DNA of 64,000 bases from Nannocystales bacterium (GTDB lineage: Bacteria; Myxococcota_A; Polyangia; Nannocystales; Nannocystaceae), in contig JBOEGF010000004.1 in assembly GCA_050633305.1 (NCBI GenBank), positions 224,001 through 288,000 on the forward strand, written 5' to 3'. The position numbers were made by a program, and so were the translations under genes. The notes beneath the pieces are model-generated. The model was not told where the DNA came from. It ran no database searches and saw only the letters and a list, made by a program, of their open reading frames with translations. Position 1 is the stretch's first letter, and each line of letters opens with the position of its first letter. Shown one piece after another: positions 18,642 through 27,453 of the stretch.

Positions 18642-19969
18642 GGGGGGCGGATCCAACAGTTCTTCCGAGCACCGGTCGCCGCACCGGAGCTTGGGTGGGC
18701 GTGCTCGGGCTTGCTTTCATTGCCAGCTGCGCTGATGACGCTGGGCCGAGCGGCGCCGGCTCGACCGGGACGCCGGGCACCTCGAGTTCCGGTGCGTCTG
18801 CGGACTCTGTCACGAGTGCAGGGACGGTCAGTTCATCCGGGGGTGCCTCGACCTCAGGCCTGGACACCGACACGATGACTGCGAGCAGTTCCTCGACCGG
18901 CGCTGCGTCGGTGTGCGGAGACGGCCAGCATGACCGAGGCGAGCTCTGCTTCGGCGATCTGATTTCGATCAGCGACATCGGCGACAGCCCGGCCGGGTTT
19001 GCGGTGGCGGATCTCAATGGCGACGGTCACCTCGACCTCGCCGTCGCGGTGGTCGGCAGCGCCTCGGTCGCTGTTTTGTACGGGGACGGCACCGGAGCGA
19101 TGACCCTCGGGCAGAGCATCCTGTCCGGCTTTCAGCCGCGCGGAGTGGCGATCGCCGATCTGGACAACAACGGCGAACTCGACCTCGCGGTCGCCAATCT
19201 GGGCACCGACTACGTCGCCGTGTACCCGCAGACCGAGGGGGTGTTCGGCACACAGCAACCCGAAGCCGCCGGAGACCGCCCTCGCGCGGTCGCGATCGGC
19301 GACCTCGACGACGACGGGGACCTCGACATGGTCGTGGCGGCCGAGGCCTCGGGCACCCTCGAAGTCCTGCTCGGTGACGGAGCCGGCATGTTCGCCAGCG
19401 CCGTCGCGTACGAAACGGGTCCGCAGCCCTACGATGTCGCGCTTGCAGACCTCGATGGAGACGGGGTCCTCGATGCCGTGACCGCGGACTACGGCGGGAC
19501 CACCGTTAGTGTCTTGTTCGGCGTCGGGGATGGCACCTTCTTGGCGGCATCTCCCGAAACCGTGGCCTCCCAGCCGCGCTCCGTCGCGGTGGTCGACTTC
19601 GACGAGGACGGGACGCTCGACGTCCTGGCTCCGAGCGCCGACGCGCAGGTGGTGAGCCTGCTGTTCGGTCAGGACAAAGGGGCGTTTGGGCCATTCATCC
19701 CGCTCCCTGTGGGACAAGGGCCCTACGTCTCGACGGTGGCCGACATGGACGCGGACGGGCGCGTCGACCTGGTGTCGGTGGCTCAAGCAGCGGGCGCGCT
19801 CTCCATCGTGGTGCCCGCGGAGGACGGGACCTTCGCCGAGACCGAGATCTTTGTGGGGCTTTCGCCGCTGGCCTTGGTGGTGGCCGACTTCAACGAAGAT
19901 GGCTCCCCCGACGTCGCGGTGACCGATTCGCTGGGCGGCACCGTGTCCGTCCTGCCCTCCGACCCATAG
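18638..19969 (+). CDS. FG-GAP/VCBS repeat lipoprotein (seven-bladed propeller) with Ser/Thr linker
   Basis: Lipobox FIASC; CGDG...ELC motif; seven Dx[DN]x[DN]GxxD repeats; start uncertain. Confidence 0.85.
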   Translation: MRGADPTVLPSTGRRTGAWVGVLGLAFIASCADDAGPSGAGSTGTPGTSSSGASADSVTSAGTVSSSGGASTSGLDTDTMTASSSSTGAASVCGDGQHDRGELCFGDLISISDIGDSPAGFAVADLNGDGHLDLAVAVVGSASVAVLYGDGTGAMTLGQSILSGFQPRGVAIADLDNNGELDLAVANLGTDYVAVYPQTEGVFGTQQPEAAGDRPRAVAIGDLDDDGDLDMVVAAEASGTLEVLLGDGAGMFASAVAYETGPQPYDVALADLDGDGVLDAVTADYGGTTVSVLFGVGDGTFLAASPETVASQPRSVAVVDFDEDGTLDVLAPSADAQVVSLLFGQDKGAFGPFIPLPVGQGPYVSTVADMDADGRVDLVSVAQAAGALSIVVPAEDGTFAETEIFVGLSPLALVVADFNEDGSPDVAVTDSLGGTVSVLPSDP

Positions 19970-20022
19970 CCGGCGCCCCGGTTGTGCGCGCCGGCCCGCA
20001 GGGGTAGGTTCGCGCCGAGATC

Positions 20023-22686
20023 ATGTCCGATTCGTACCGCACGATCGACCCGCAGGCGCTTCCCAAGCACTTCGACGCCCAGAACGTCGAGGCCGAGCTC
20101 AACGCGCGCTGGCAGCAAGCCGGCCTGTATCACTACGATCCCCACCGGACACGGGAGGAGACCTTCGTCGTCGACACGCCGCCGCCGACGGTGTCGGGCA
20201 ACCTGCACATCGGACACGTCTTCAGCTACACGCACACCGACGTGATCGTCCGCTACAAGCGGATGAAGGGGCTGAACATCTTCTATCCGATGGGGTGGGA
20301 CGACAACGGTCTGCCGACGGAGCGTCGGGTTCAGAACCACTACCACGTGCGTTGCGACGCGTCGCTGCCCTACGAAGAGGGGGTGGAACTCGAGCAGGCG
20401 TCTTCGAAATCGAAGAAGAAGCCACCGCGGATGCTGTCGCGTCCGAACTTCATCGAGGCGTGCGAGACGCTCACCAAGGAAGACGAAAAGGTCTACCTCG
20501 CGTTGTGGCAGCGCCTGGGGCTCTCGGTCGACTGGCGTCAGGAATACAGCACCGTGGGTGCGCACTGCCGCAAGGTCGCGCAGATGAGTTTCCTGGATCT
20601 GTACGAGAAGAACCACTTGTACAGCTCTGACGCCCCCACGCTGTGGGATGTCGACTTCCAGACCGCGATCGCACAGGCAGAGCTGGAGGACCGGGACCTC
20701 GACAGCACGTTCAACGACATCGCGTTCACGGTCGAGGGATCGAACGAGGAGTTCATCATCGCGACCACGCGACCCGAACTCCTGCCGGCCTGTGTGGCCG
20801 TCGCGGCGCACCCGCAGGACGAGCGCTACAAGCACCTGTTCGGCAAAAACGCCATCACGCCGCTGTTTGGTGTCCCTGTCCGCATCTTCGCGAGCGAGGT
20901 TGTCGACATGGAAAAGGGCACCGGGATCCTGATGATCTGCACGTTCGGTGACCAGACCGACGTGCAGTGGTGGCGGGACGAGAAGCTCCCGCTGCGCCAG
21001 GTCATCGGCCGCCGGGGCCGAATGCTTCCTTTGGAGTACGGGACCGAGGGGTGGGAGAGCGTGGACGCGGCGGCGGCCAACGAGCACTACGCCAAGATGG
21101 TGGGCAAGCGCCCCGATCAGGCGCGAAAGATCGTACTCGAGATTCTGGCCGAGGCGCCCGAGGGCGGCGTGGCTCCGCTTCGCGCCCAGAAGCCGATCAA
21201 CCACGCGGTGAAGTTCTTTGAGAAGGGCGACCGCCCGCTGGAGTTCATGCCGACGCGGCAGTGGTTTTGCCGCTTGCTCGACAAGAAAGACGACCTCTTG
21301 GCGCGCGGCGAGCAAGTGCAGTGGCACCCGCCGTTCATGCGTGACCGGTTCAGCCTTTGGACCGAGAACCTGGCGTTCGACTGGTGCATCAGCCGGCAGC
21401 GGTACTTCGGCGTGCCGTTCCCGATGTGGTACCGGCTTGATGCCGAGGGACAGCCCGACTACGAAAACCCGCTGCTCCCCAGTGTGGACGCGCTCCCGAT
21501 CGACCCCACCACGTCGGTGCCTACGGGGTACGAGGCCAGCCAGCGCGGACAACCCGGGGGATTCACGGCGGAGTCAGATGTCTTCGACACCTGGTTCACC
21601 AGCTCGATGACCCCCGAGGTCAGCTCCCACTGGCGCCTGGACAACGCACGACACGAGAAGCTGTTCCCAGCGGACATTCGCCCGCAGGCCCACGAGATCA
21701 TCCGAACGTGGGCCTTCTACACGATCGCCAAGGCGATGCTGCATGAGGGCAAGGTTCCTTGGCACAACGTGGTGATCAGCGGCTGGGTCGTGCAGCCCAA
21801 GCAAAAGGGTGGCAAGAACGAGAAAATCTCAAAGTCGAAGGGCGGGTCGGCGGGATTGGGTCCGCACGAACTGATGGACAAGTTCACCGCCGACGGCGTG
21901 CGCTACTGGTCGGCACACGCCCGTCTCGGCGTCGACACCACGTTCGACGAGAACATGTTCAAAACCGGCAAGCGCCTGGTCACGAAGCTCTACAACGCGA
22001 GCAAGTTTGCGCTCATGCAGACCGCCGAGCCGGGGCCGGTCACGCATGAGATGGACAAGGGGTTCCTCGCCGCACTTCAGTCCGTGGTGGACGAAGCCAC
22101 GGCGTCGTTCGAGGCGTTCGACTTCGCCTCGGCCCTCAAGGCCACCGAGACGTTCTTCTGGTCGGGTTACACCGACAGCTACGTGGAGCTGGTCAAGGCC
22201 CGTGCCCGCGCCGAAGACGATGCTCAGGGGCGGGCTTCGGCCGTGGCCGCGTTGCGCCTGGGCCTCGAAGTGTTGCTGCGATTGTTCGCCCCGTTCGTCC
22301 CGTACATCTCGGAGACGGTCTGGGGATGGGCCTTTGCGCAGGAGCGCGGAGTGCAGAGCATTCACGCCGCTTCCTGGCCTTCGGCCGAGCTCTTTGCAGA
22401 CACCGGGGCACCCGAGCGTGCGGGTAGCTTTGGGGCCGCGACGCAGTGCCTGGGTGCGATCAACCGCAGCAAGACCGCCGCCAACGTTGGCGTCGCTCGA
22501 GGCATCACCTCGATGACGCTCGCGGCTCCGGCGGTCCTGCTCGAAGACCTCGAGGGAGCCCGGGCCGACGTCTGGGCGGCCGCGAAGGTTGGAGAGTTTG
22601 AGCTCGTCACCGACGATGCCCTCACGGAGTTTGAGGTGCGGGCGATCGAGTTCGAGCCCAAGCCCGAGAAGCCTGCCAAAGGCTGA
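20023..22686 (+). CDS. valS: Valyl-tRNA synthetase (archaeal/actinobacterial-like type)
   Basis: DTPPPTVSGNLHIGH, DWCISRQR, QAHEIIRTW, KISKSKG. Confidence 0.95.
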   Translation: MSDSYRTIDPQALPKHFDAQNVEAELNARWQQAGLYHYDPHRTREETFVVDTPPPTVSGNLHIGHVFSYTHTDVIVRYKRMKGLNIFYPMGWDDNGLPTERRVQNHYHVRCDASLPYEEGVELEQASSKSKKKPPRMLSRPNFIEACETLTKEDEKVYLALWQRLGLSVDWRQEYSTVGAHCRKVAQMSFLDLYEKNHLYSSDAPTLWDVDFQTAIAQAELEDRDLDSTFNDIAFTVEGSNEEFIIATTRPELLPACVAVAAHPQDERYKHLFGKNAITPLFGVPVRIFASEVVDMEKGTGILMICTFGDQTDVQWWRDEKLPLRQVIGRRGRMLPLEYGTEGWESVDAAAANEHYAKMVGKRPDQARKIVLEILAEAPEGGVAPLRAQKPINHAVKFFEKGDRPLEFMPTRQWFCRLLDKKDDLLARGEQVQWHPPFMRDRFSLWTENLAFDWCISRQRYFGVPFPMWYRLDAEGQPDYENPLLPSVDALPIDPTTSVPTGYEASQRGQPGGFTAESDVFDTWFTSSMTPEVSSHWRLDNARHEKLFPADIRPQAHEIIRTWAFYTIAKAMLHEGKVPWHNVVISGWVVQPKQKGGKNEKISKSKGGSAGLGPHELMDKFTADGVRYWSAHARLGVDTTFDENMFKTGKRLVTKLYNASKFALMQTAEPGPVTHEMDKGFLAALQSVVDEATASFEAFDFASALKATETFFWSGYTDSYVELVKARARAEDDAQGRASAVAALRLGLEVLLRLFAPFVPYISETVWGWAFAQERGVQSIHAASWPSAELFADTGAPERAGSFGAATQCLGAINRSKTAANVGVARGITSMTLAAPAVLLEDLEGARADVWAAAKVGEFELVTDDALTEFEVRAIEFEPKPEKPAKG

Positions 22687-22697
22687 GGCTGATTCCG

Positions 22698-23033
22698 CTA
22701 GGAGACCGTCTGCGCGATGCACCAGGCCCGGTAGGGCTCGTGCACGGCGCTGGCGGGTAGGGCGACGACTTTCGGCGTGTCGTACGGGTGCAGCGCGGCC
22801 AGCGCTTCAATGCGTTGCGCCGAACCTCGCTCCGGCGCCTCCATCCACAGCAGAACCTCGCGCTCCTCACAGACCTGTCCCTCCCATCGGTAGATGGAGC
22901 GGGCGCCCGGCATGAGGTTTACGCACGCGACGAGGCGCTGTTCGATCGCGGCGCGAGCGAATGCGTCTGCGTGCTCCTCGTCGATGGTGAGGAACAAAAC
23001 GACGAGAGCCTCCGTTGGCGCAGGGACGGGCAT
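22698..23033 (-). CDS. cutA: Divalent-cation tolerance protein CutA
   Basis: LVACVNL, SIYRWEG, HPYDTP. Confidence 0.92.
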   Translation of the reverse strand: MPVPAPTEALVVLFLTIDEEHADAFARAAIEQRLVACVNLMPGARSIYRWEGQVCEEREVLLWMEAPERGSAQRIEALAALHPYDTPKVVALPASAVHEPYRAWCIAQTVS

Positions 23034-23046
23034 GAGAAGGGGATTG

Positions 23047-23064
23047 TGCTTGATTTTTCAAGCA
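23047..23064. promoter_or_regulatory. Perfect inverted repeat TGCTTGA-N4-TCAAGCA in the divergent cutA/KamA-like intergenic region; putative operator
   Basis: Seen directly; AT-rich patch in a GC-rich background. Confidence 0.4.
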
Positions 23065-23289
23065 TTTTTCCCCATACTGCGCCCGAACCTGGAGCGACTC
23101 GGCGGTCTTTGACCGTTCTGTTCCTCCTGCCGGCACCGCCCAGCCTCCACCTGGGCATTCTGGAACGTTCGTTAGAAAGACCTCTGGAACAACCGGGGGT
23201 CCGCCCTTGTAGTCCGGCCGCCTCGCATGATGCGCGGCCACCGAAGCCAACCCACGAAAATTCCCGTGAACACGGGAGAAGGAGCTGCC

Positions 23290-24648
23290 ATGCCGCCATA
23301 CGACGCTACCCCCGCCCCCCAAGGCGCACCGCGATACCGGGCTGTGACCCGGAGTAACGTCCACAAGACGGCGCAATGGTCCAAGCTCCCTTCCGAGATG
23401 AAAGAGGCCATCGAAGTGGTCTCCCAGGTCCTGCCGTTCCGGACCAACCCCTACGTCATGGATGAGCTGATCGACTGGGACAAAGTCCCCAACGATCCGC
23501 TCTACCAGCTCACCTTCGTGCAGAAGGGCATGCTCTCCGATGCGGACTACGCCAAGATGGCGGAACTGGTCCGCAACGACGCGCCCAAGGGCGAGATCAA
23601 GCTGGTCGCCAACGCGATTCGGCGCCGCCTCAATCCGCACCCCGCGGGCCAGATGACGCACAACGTGCCGCAGATCGAAGGCCGGGGACTGCCCGGTTTG
23701 CAGCACAAGTACGATCAGACCGTGCTGCTGTTCCCCAGCCAGGGACAGACGTGCCACGCGTACTGCACGTTCTGCTTCCGATGGGCCCAGTTCGTCGGGC
23801 TCGACGACCTCAAGTTCCAAGCGCAAGAGACCACCGACCTGCAGGATTACCTGCGGGCGCACCATGAGGTCTCCGATGTTCTGATCACGGGCGGCGACCC
23901 GATGATCATGAAGACCAAGGCGTTGCGCGCCTACATCGAGCCGCTCTTGGCTCCCGAGTTCGAGCACGTCACGTCGATCCGGATCGGCACCAAGTCGGTC
24001 GCGTACTGGCCGCAGCGCTACCTCACCGACCCCGACGCCGACGACCTCCTCCGGCTCTTCGAGCAGGTCGTGGCTTCCGGCAAGCACCTCGCGATCATGG
24101 GGCACTACAACCACCCCCGCGAGCTCTCCACGAAGGTGGCCAAGGACGCGGTCCGGCGGATCCGCAGCACGGGTGCCAACGTCCGCATGCAGTCGCCGCT
24201 GATCCGGCACGTCAACGACGATGCCAACGCGTGGGCCGAGCTGTGGAAGGAAGGCGTCAAGCTCGGCGCCATCCCGTACTACATGTTCGTCGAGCGAGAC
24301 ACAGGACCCAAAGCCTACTTCCAGGTGCCGCTCGTGCGGGCGTGGGAGATCTTCCGGGACGCGTACCAGCAGGTCTCCGGCCTGGCTCGGACCGTCCGTG
24401 GACCTTCGATGTCCGCCTTCCCCGGCAAGGTGTTGGTCGATGGCGTTGCCGAGGTCGCCGGCGAGAAGGTGTTCTGCCTGCAGCTCCTGCAAGGGCGCGA
24501 CGGCGACTGGGTTCGGCGTCCGTTCTTCGCCAAGTACGACGAGAACGCCAGCTGGCTCAACGACCTCAAGCCCGCCTTCGGAGAGGACCGCTTCTTCTTC
24601 GAAGACAAGCCTCAAGCGTCTCCTCCGCGGCGTCTCGACGTCGTCTGA
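23290..24648 (+). CDS. KamA-family radical SAM aminomutase-like protein
   Basis: GLQHKY, CHAYCTFCFR, LITGGDP, RIGTK, PYYMF; AAGGAG RBS before ATG 23290. Confidence 0.88.
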   Translation: MPPYDATPAPQGAPRYRAVTRSNVHKTAQWSKLPSEMKEAIEVVSQVLPFRTNPYVMDELIDWDKVPNDPLYQLTFVQKGMLSDADYAKMAELVRNDAPKGEIKLVANAIRRRLNPHPAGQMTHNVPQIEGRGLPGLQHKYDQTVLLFPSQGQTCHAYCTFCFRWAQFVGLDDLKFQAQETTDLQDYLRAHHEVSDVLITGGDPMIMKTKALRAYIEPLLAPEFEHVTSIRIGTKSVAYWPQRYLTDPDADDLLRLFEQVVASGKHLAIMGHYNHPRELSTKVAKDAVRRIRSTGANVRMQSPLIRHVNDDANAWAELWKEGVKLGAIPYYMFVERDTGPKAYFQVPLVRAWEIFRDAYQQVSGLARTVRGPSMSAFPGKVLVDGVAEVAGEKVFCLQLLQGRDGDWVRRPFFAKYDENASWLNDLKPAFGEDRFFFEDKPQASPPRRLDVV

Positions 24649-24766
24649 GCCTCGGCTCAACGCGTGCGGCTCTCCCCGCCGCCCATCCGCCCGGTCTCTC
24701 CCGCACGTGCCTGCACGCAGGCAAGGGAGGCCGGGCGTCTGAGTCTGTGGCAGGCTCGGCCTTGCG

Positions 24767-25921
24767 ATGGATAGCTTGGAGTCGTTCCTGGACACCGCAT
24801 TCTTCGGTGTGACCGTGCAGCAGCTTCTGTTCGCGGCGGTCGCCCTGACCGTTGGGTTTGTCGCCGGGCGGTTCGTCGAGCGCATCGTCGACGGCGTCTC
24901 CAAGCGGACACCGGAAGGCACGGTCGCGCGTGCCGTGGTCTCGGCGTTCGTTCGGCCCGGCGGTTGGACCGTTCGGGTTGGGGGCATCTGGGTTGCGCTC
25001 AAAGGCATGCCGCTGGAGACGGTCGCCGCCACCGACCTCGACACGCTGGTGGACCACCTGGCCCAAGGAGCCACCGTGGCGCTCGCAACCTGGTTGGGGG
25101 TCCGCGTCGTCAACGGTGTCTCCGACGTGCTCTCCGAGCGCGCCGGCAAGACCGAAGGGACCTTCGACGATCAGCTGGTTCCCATCTTCCGCAAAGCCGC
25201 AATCGCGTTCCTCGTCATCACCGGCGTCGTGATGATCGTGCAGAACTTGGGCTACTCCGTGGCATCGCTGTTGGCGGGGTTTGGCCTCGGCGGGGCTGCG
25301 CTGGCGTTTGCGTCCAAGGACACGGTCGCCAACTTCTTCGGTTCGATCGTGATCTTCGTCGATCGCCCGTTCCAGATTGGGGATTGGATCGAGGTGGGAG
25401 ACGTTGAGGGCACGGTCGAGACCGTGGGCATTCGTGTGACCCGGATTCGAACATTCTCCAACGCACAGCTCACCATCCCCAACGCCAGCTTCACGACCAA
25501 CCCGATCAACAACTGGTCGAGAATGAAGAAGCGGCGGATCAAGATGACCGTCGGTCTGACTTACGACACCACGCCCGACAAGATGCGCCAGGCGGTCGGG
25601 GCGATTCGCAAGATCATCAAGAACGACGATCGGCTTCATCAGGACTTCTACCTGGTGAACTTCTACGACTTCGGGCCTTCGAGCCTCGACATCTTTTGCT
25701 ACTTCTTCACCCGAACCACGAACTGGGCCGAGCACATGCAGGTTCGGCAGGAGTTCATGCTTCAGGTGATGGAGGCGATGCAGGGGCTCAAGCTGGACTT
25801 CGCATTCCCGACCACCACCGTGCATCTGGCCGAAGGGGCTGGGGCGCCTCGGGTGCCGGCGGGCATGCCCAAGCTGCCCGCCGGGATGCCCACGGCGATG
25901 GACCGCGACGTGCCGCTGTGA
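24767..25921 (+). CDS. Small-conductance mechanosensitive channel (MscS family)
   Basis: SLLAGFGLGGAALAFASKDTVANFFG, DRPFQIGDWI, IPNA, FAFPT. Confidence 0.93.
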   Translation: MDSLESFLDTAFFGVTVQQLLFAAVALTVGFVAGRFVERIVDGVSKRTPEGTVARAVVSAFVRPGGWTVRVGGIWVALKGMPLETVAATDLDTLVDHLAQGATVALATWLGVRVVNGVSDVLSERAGKTEGTFDDQLVPIFRKAAIAFLVITGVVMIVQNLGYSVASLLAGFGLGGAALAFASKDTVANFFGSIVIFVDRPFQIGDWIEVGDVEGTVETVGIRVTRIRTFSNAQLTIPNASFTTNPINNWSRMKKRRIKMTVGLTYDTTPDKMRQAVGAIRKIIKNDDRLHQDFYLVNFYDFGPSSLDIFCYFFTRTTNWAEHMQVRQEFMLQVMEAMQGLKLDFAFPTTTVHLAEGAGAPRVPAGMPKLPAGMPTAMDRDVPL

Positions 25922-25930
25922 GCGACGCGA

Positions 25931-27031
25931 TCACGGTTGAGGTGGCTCCGTCGCAGCGCGCGGTCGGCTTCGTGCAGCGCCCCCTGTGAACAGTTGCAGG
26001 ACATCGCGACGGAACTCCGGGTAGGTGAACTCCTCGGGGCTCCAGCTGGTCGTGTTGGGGTCGCGCATCCGGACGGCCACGGCACGGAACTCGGGGATGA
26101 CGACGATGTATTGCCCGAGGTAGCCGTCGGCGACATACGCCGCGACCTCGGAGTCTCCCTCGCGGCGGTCGAGCCACCACAACAGGCCGCAGCCTTCGTT
26201 GGGTCCGGGCTCGAGCATGGTGTCAATCCAGGCCTTAGACAGCAGTCTCTCCGGGCCGTACATGCCGCGGTCCAGGACCAGGCGTCCGATCTTGAGCAGG
26301 TCGTGCGGACGAATCACCAACTCGCCCGACGCTCGGGGGTCGCCGCGGCCGTCTTTCATCCAGTACGCGCCCGCGATGTCCAACGGGCCGAACAACCCGG
26401 CCTGCAGCTGATCGTCGAGCGCCATCCCGTTGGAGGTCGCGCGGCGAACGATGACCGCGAGGATGTCGACGGCGTTGTTGTTGTACGCGAAGGTCTCGCC
26501 GACGGGAGCGACGAGTGGGGTGCGCTGAGCGTGTTCCTCGATCGTGGCATGGCGGAAGCTCTTCGCGTCGTTCCCGTATCGCTGTGGATCGAGTCCGGAG
26601 GTGTGGGAGAGCAGGTGCCGAAGGGTGATGGTCTCCTTGTCGGTATCCATCCATTCGGGCATCACCGACGCTGACAGCGGGGCGTCGAGTTCGAGCAGCC
26701 CCGCATCGACCAGCTGCCCGACGCGCAGTGCCACGACAGACTTGCTGACCGACATCGCGAACAACCCGCTCCTGGGGTCCGAGCCGAACGCTTCGTCGAT
26801 GACAAGGTCTCCATCGACCCACAACAACAGGGCTGCTGAACGCTCTGTACGAGCGGCCTCGAGCAGCGCTGCGACGCGCCCAGGATCCACGGCCGGTCCC
26901 GGGGAGGGCGAAACCGTGGGCACTCTGACCTCCGCGGGCGGTGGAGAACTCGGGCTCGCCGGGCGGCAAGCCGACCCGAGCAGCAGGAGACAGGACAGCG
27001 TGGGGCCGCATCGGGCATCGGGCAGGGACAT
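25931..27031 (-). CDS. Serine hydrolase, beta-lactamase/AmpC-like family, predicted lipoprotein
   Basis: SVSK (SxxK), LRHLLSHTSG, YNN (YxN); lipobox LLGSAC. Confidence 0.85.
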   Translation of the reverse strand: MSLPDARCGPTLSCLLLLGSACRPASPSSPPPAEVRVPTVSPSPGPAVDPGRVAALLEAARTERSAALLLWVDGDLVIDEAFGSDPRSGLFAMSVSKSVVALRVGQLVDAGLLELDAPLSASVMPEWMDTDKETITLRHLLSHTSGLDPQRYGNDAKSFRHATIEEHAQRTPLVAPVGETFAYNNNAVDILAVIVRRATSNGMALDDQLQAGLFGPLDIAGAYWMKDGRGDPRASGELVIRPHDLLKIGRLVLDRGMYGPERLLSKAWIDTMLEPGPNEGCGLLWWLDRREGDSEVAAYVADGYLGQYIVVIPEFRAVAVRMRDPNTTSWSPEEFTYPEFRRDVLQLFTGGAARSRPRAATEPPQP

Positions 27032-27091
27032 AGAAACGGCGGGGCGCCGCATCGGGTTGCATCGCGACGGCGGCCCATCGTTCCCGACGGC

Positions 27092-27340
27092 GTGGAGGAT
27101 GGGATGTGGATTCGCTCACACTTTGTGGTCGAAGGTGAAAGCCACCAAAACGCCCGCCGTTGGAACGGTATGAGGGCAGGAGTGTTGGCGTGGAGTCTGG
27201 TGTTCATCTCGGCGGGCGTCGGGGCGCTGTACAACTCCTCGGGTCCTGCCGAGGGCACGGCGCATTGGCGCGCGGCTGCACCGCCGCCCTCCGCGTCCCC
27301 GGTCACACCTGCGCTGCTTGGCCGTCGCTCCACGCCTTGA
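27092..27340 (+). CDS. Possible small single-TM protein
   Basis: Occupies an intergenic gap; hydrophobic stretch GVLAWSLVFISAGVGAL; GGAGG precedes ATG 27104. Confidence 0.3.
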   Translation: MEDGMWIRSHFVVEGESHQNARRWNGMRAGVLAWSLVFISAGVGALYNSSGPAEGTAHWRAAAPPPSASPVTPALLGRRSTP

Positions 27341-27439
27341 GCCTGAACCTGTGGGGCGATTCGGCGACGGCTCCGGACCGTCCGAAAGCCGCCCGCGACC
27401 GCTCGGGTGACACCGGCGGCGGAGCCTGAGTCGCGGTGC

Positions 27440-27445
27440 TAGGCT
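27440..27445 (+). promoter_or_regulatory. Putative extended -10 element (TGC-TAGGCT) of a leaderless transcript
   Basis: TANNNT 8 nt before ATG 27454; no SD in the spacer. Confidence 0.45.
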
Positions 27446-27453
27446 CCGCCTCG

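Noticed and set aside
23050..23061. FNR box
   Set aside because: TTGA-N4-TCAA is 2 nt shorter than TTGAT-N4-ATCAA; kept only as an unassigned palindrome.
23160..23191. Two CTGGAAC copies as a sigma54 or ECF promoter
   Set aside because: No TTGC at the -12 position and no convincing ECF -10 element at the expected spacing.
25931..27031. Bona fide beta-lactam resistance gene
   Set aside because: SxxK and YxN are present but the KTG triad is replaced (ADGYLGQ); it looks like a general serine hydrolase of this fold.
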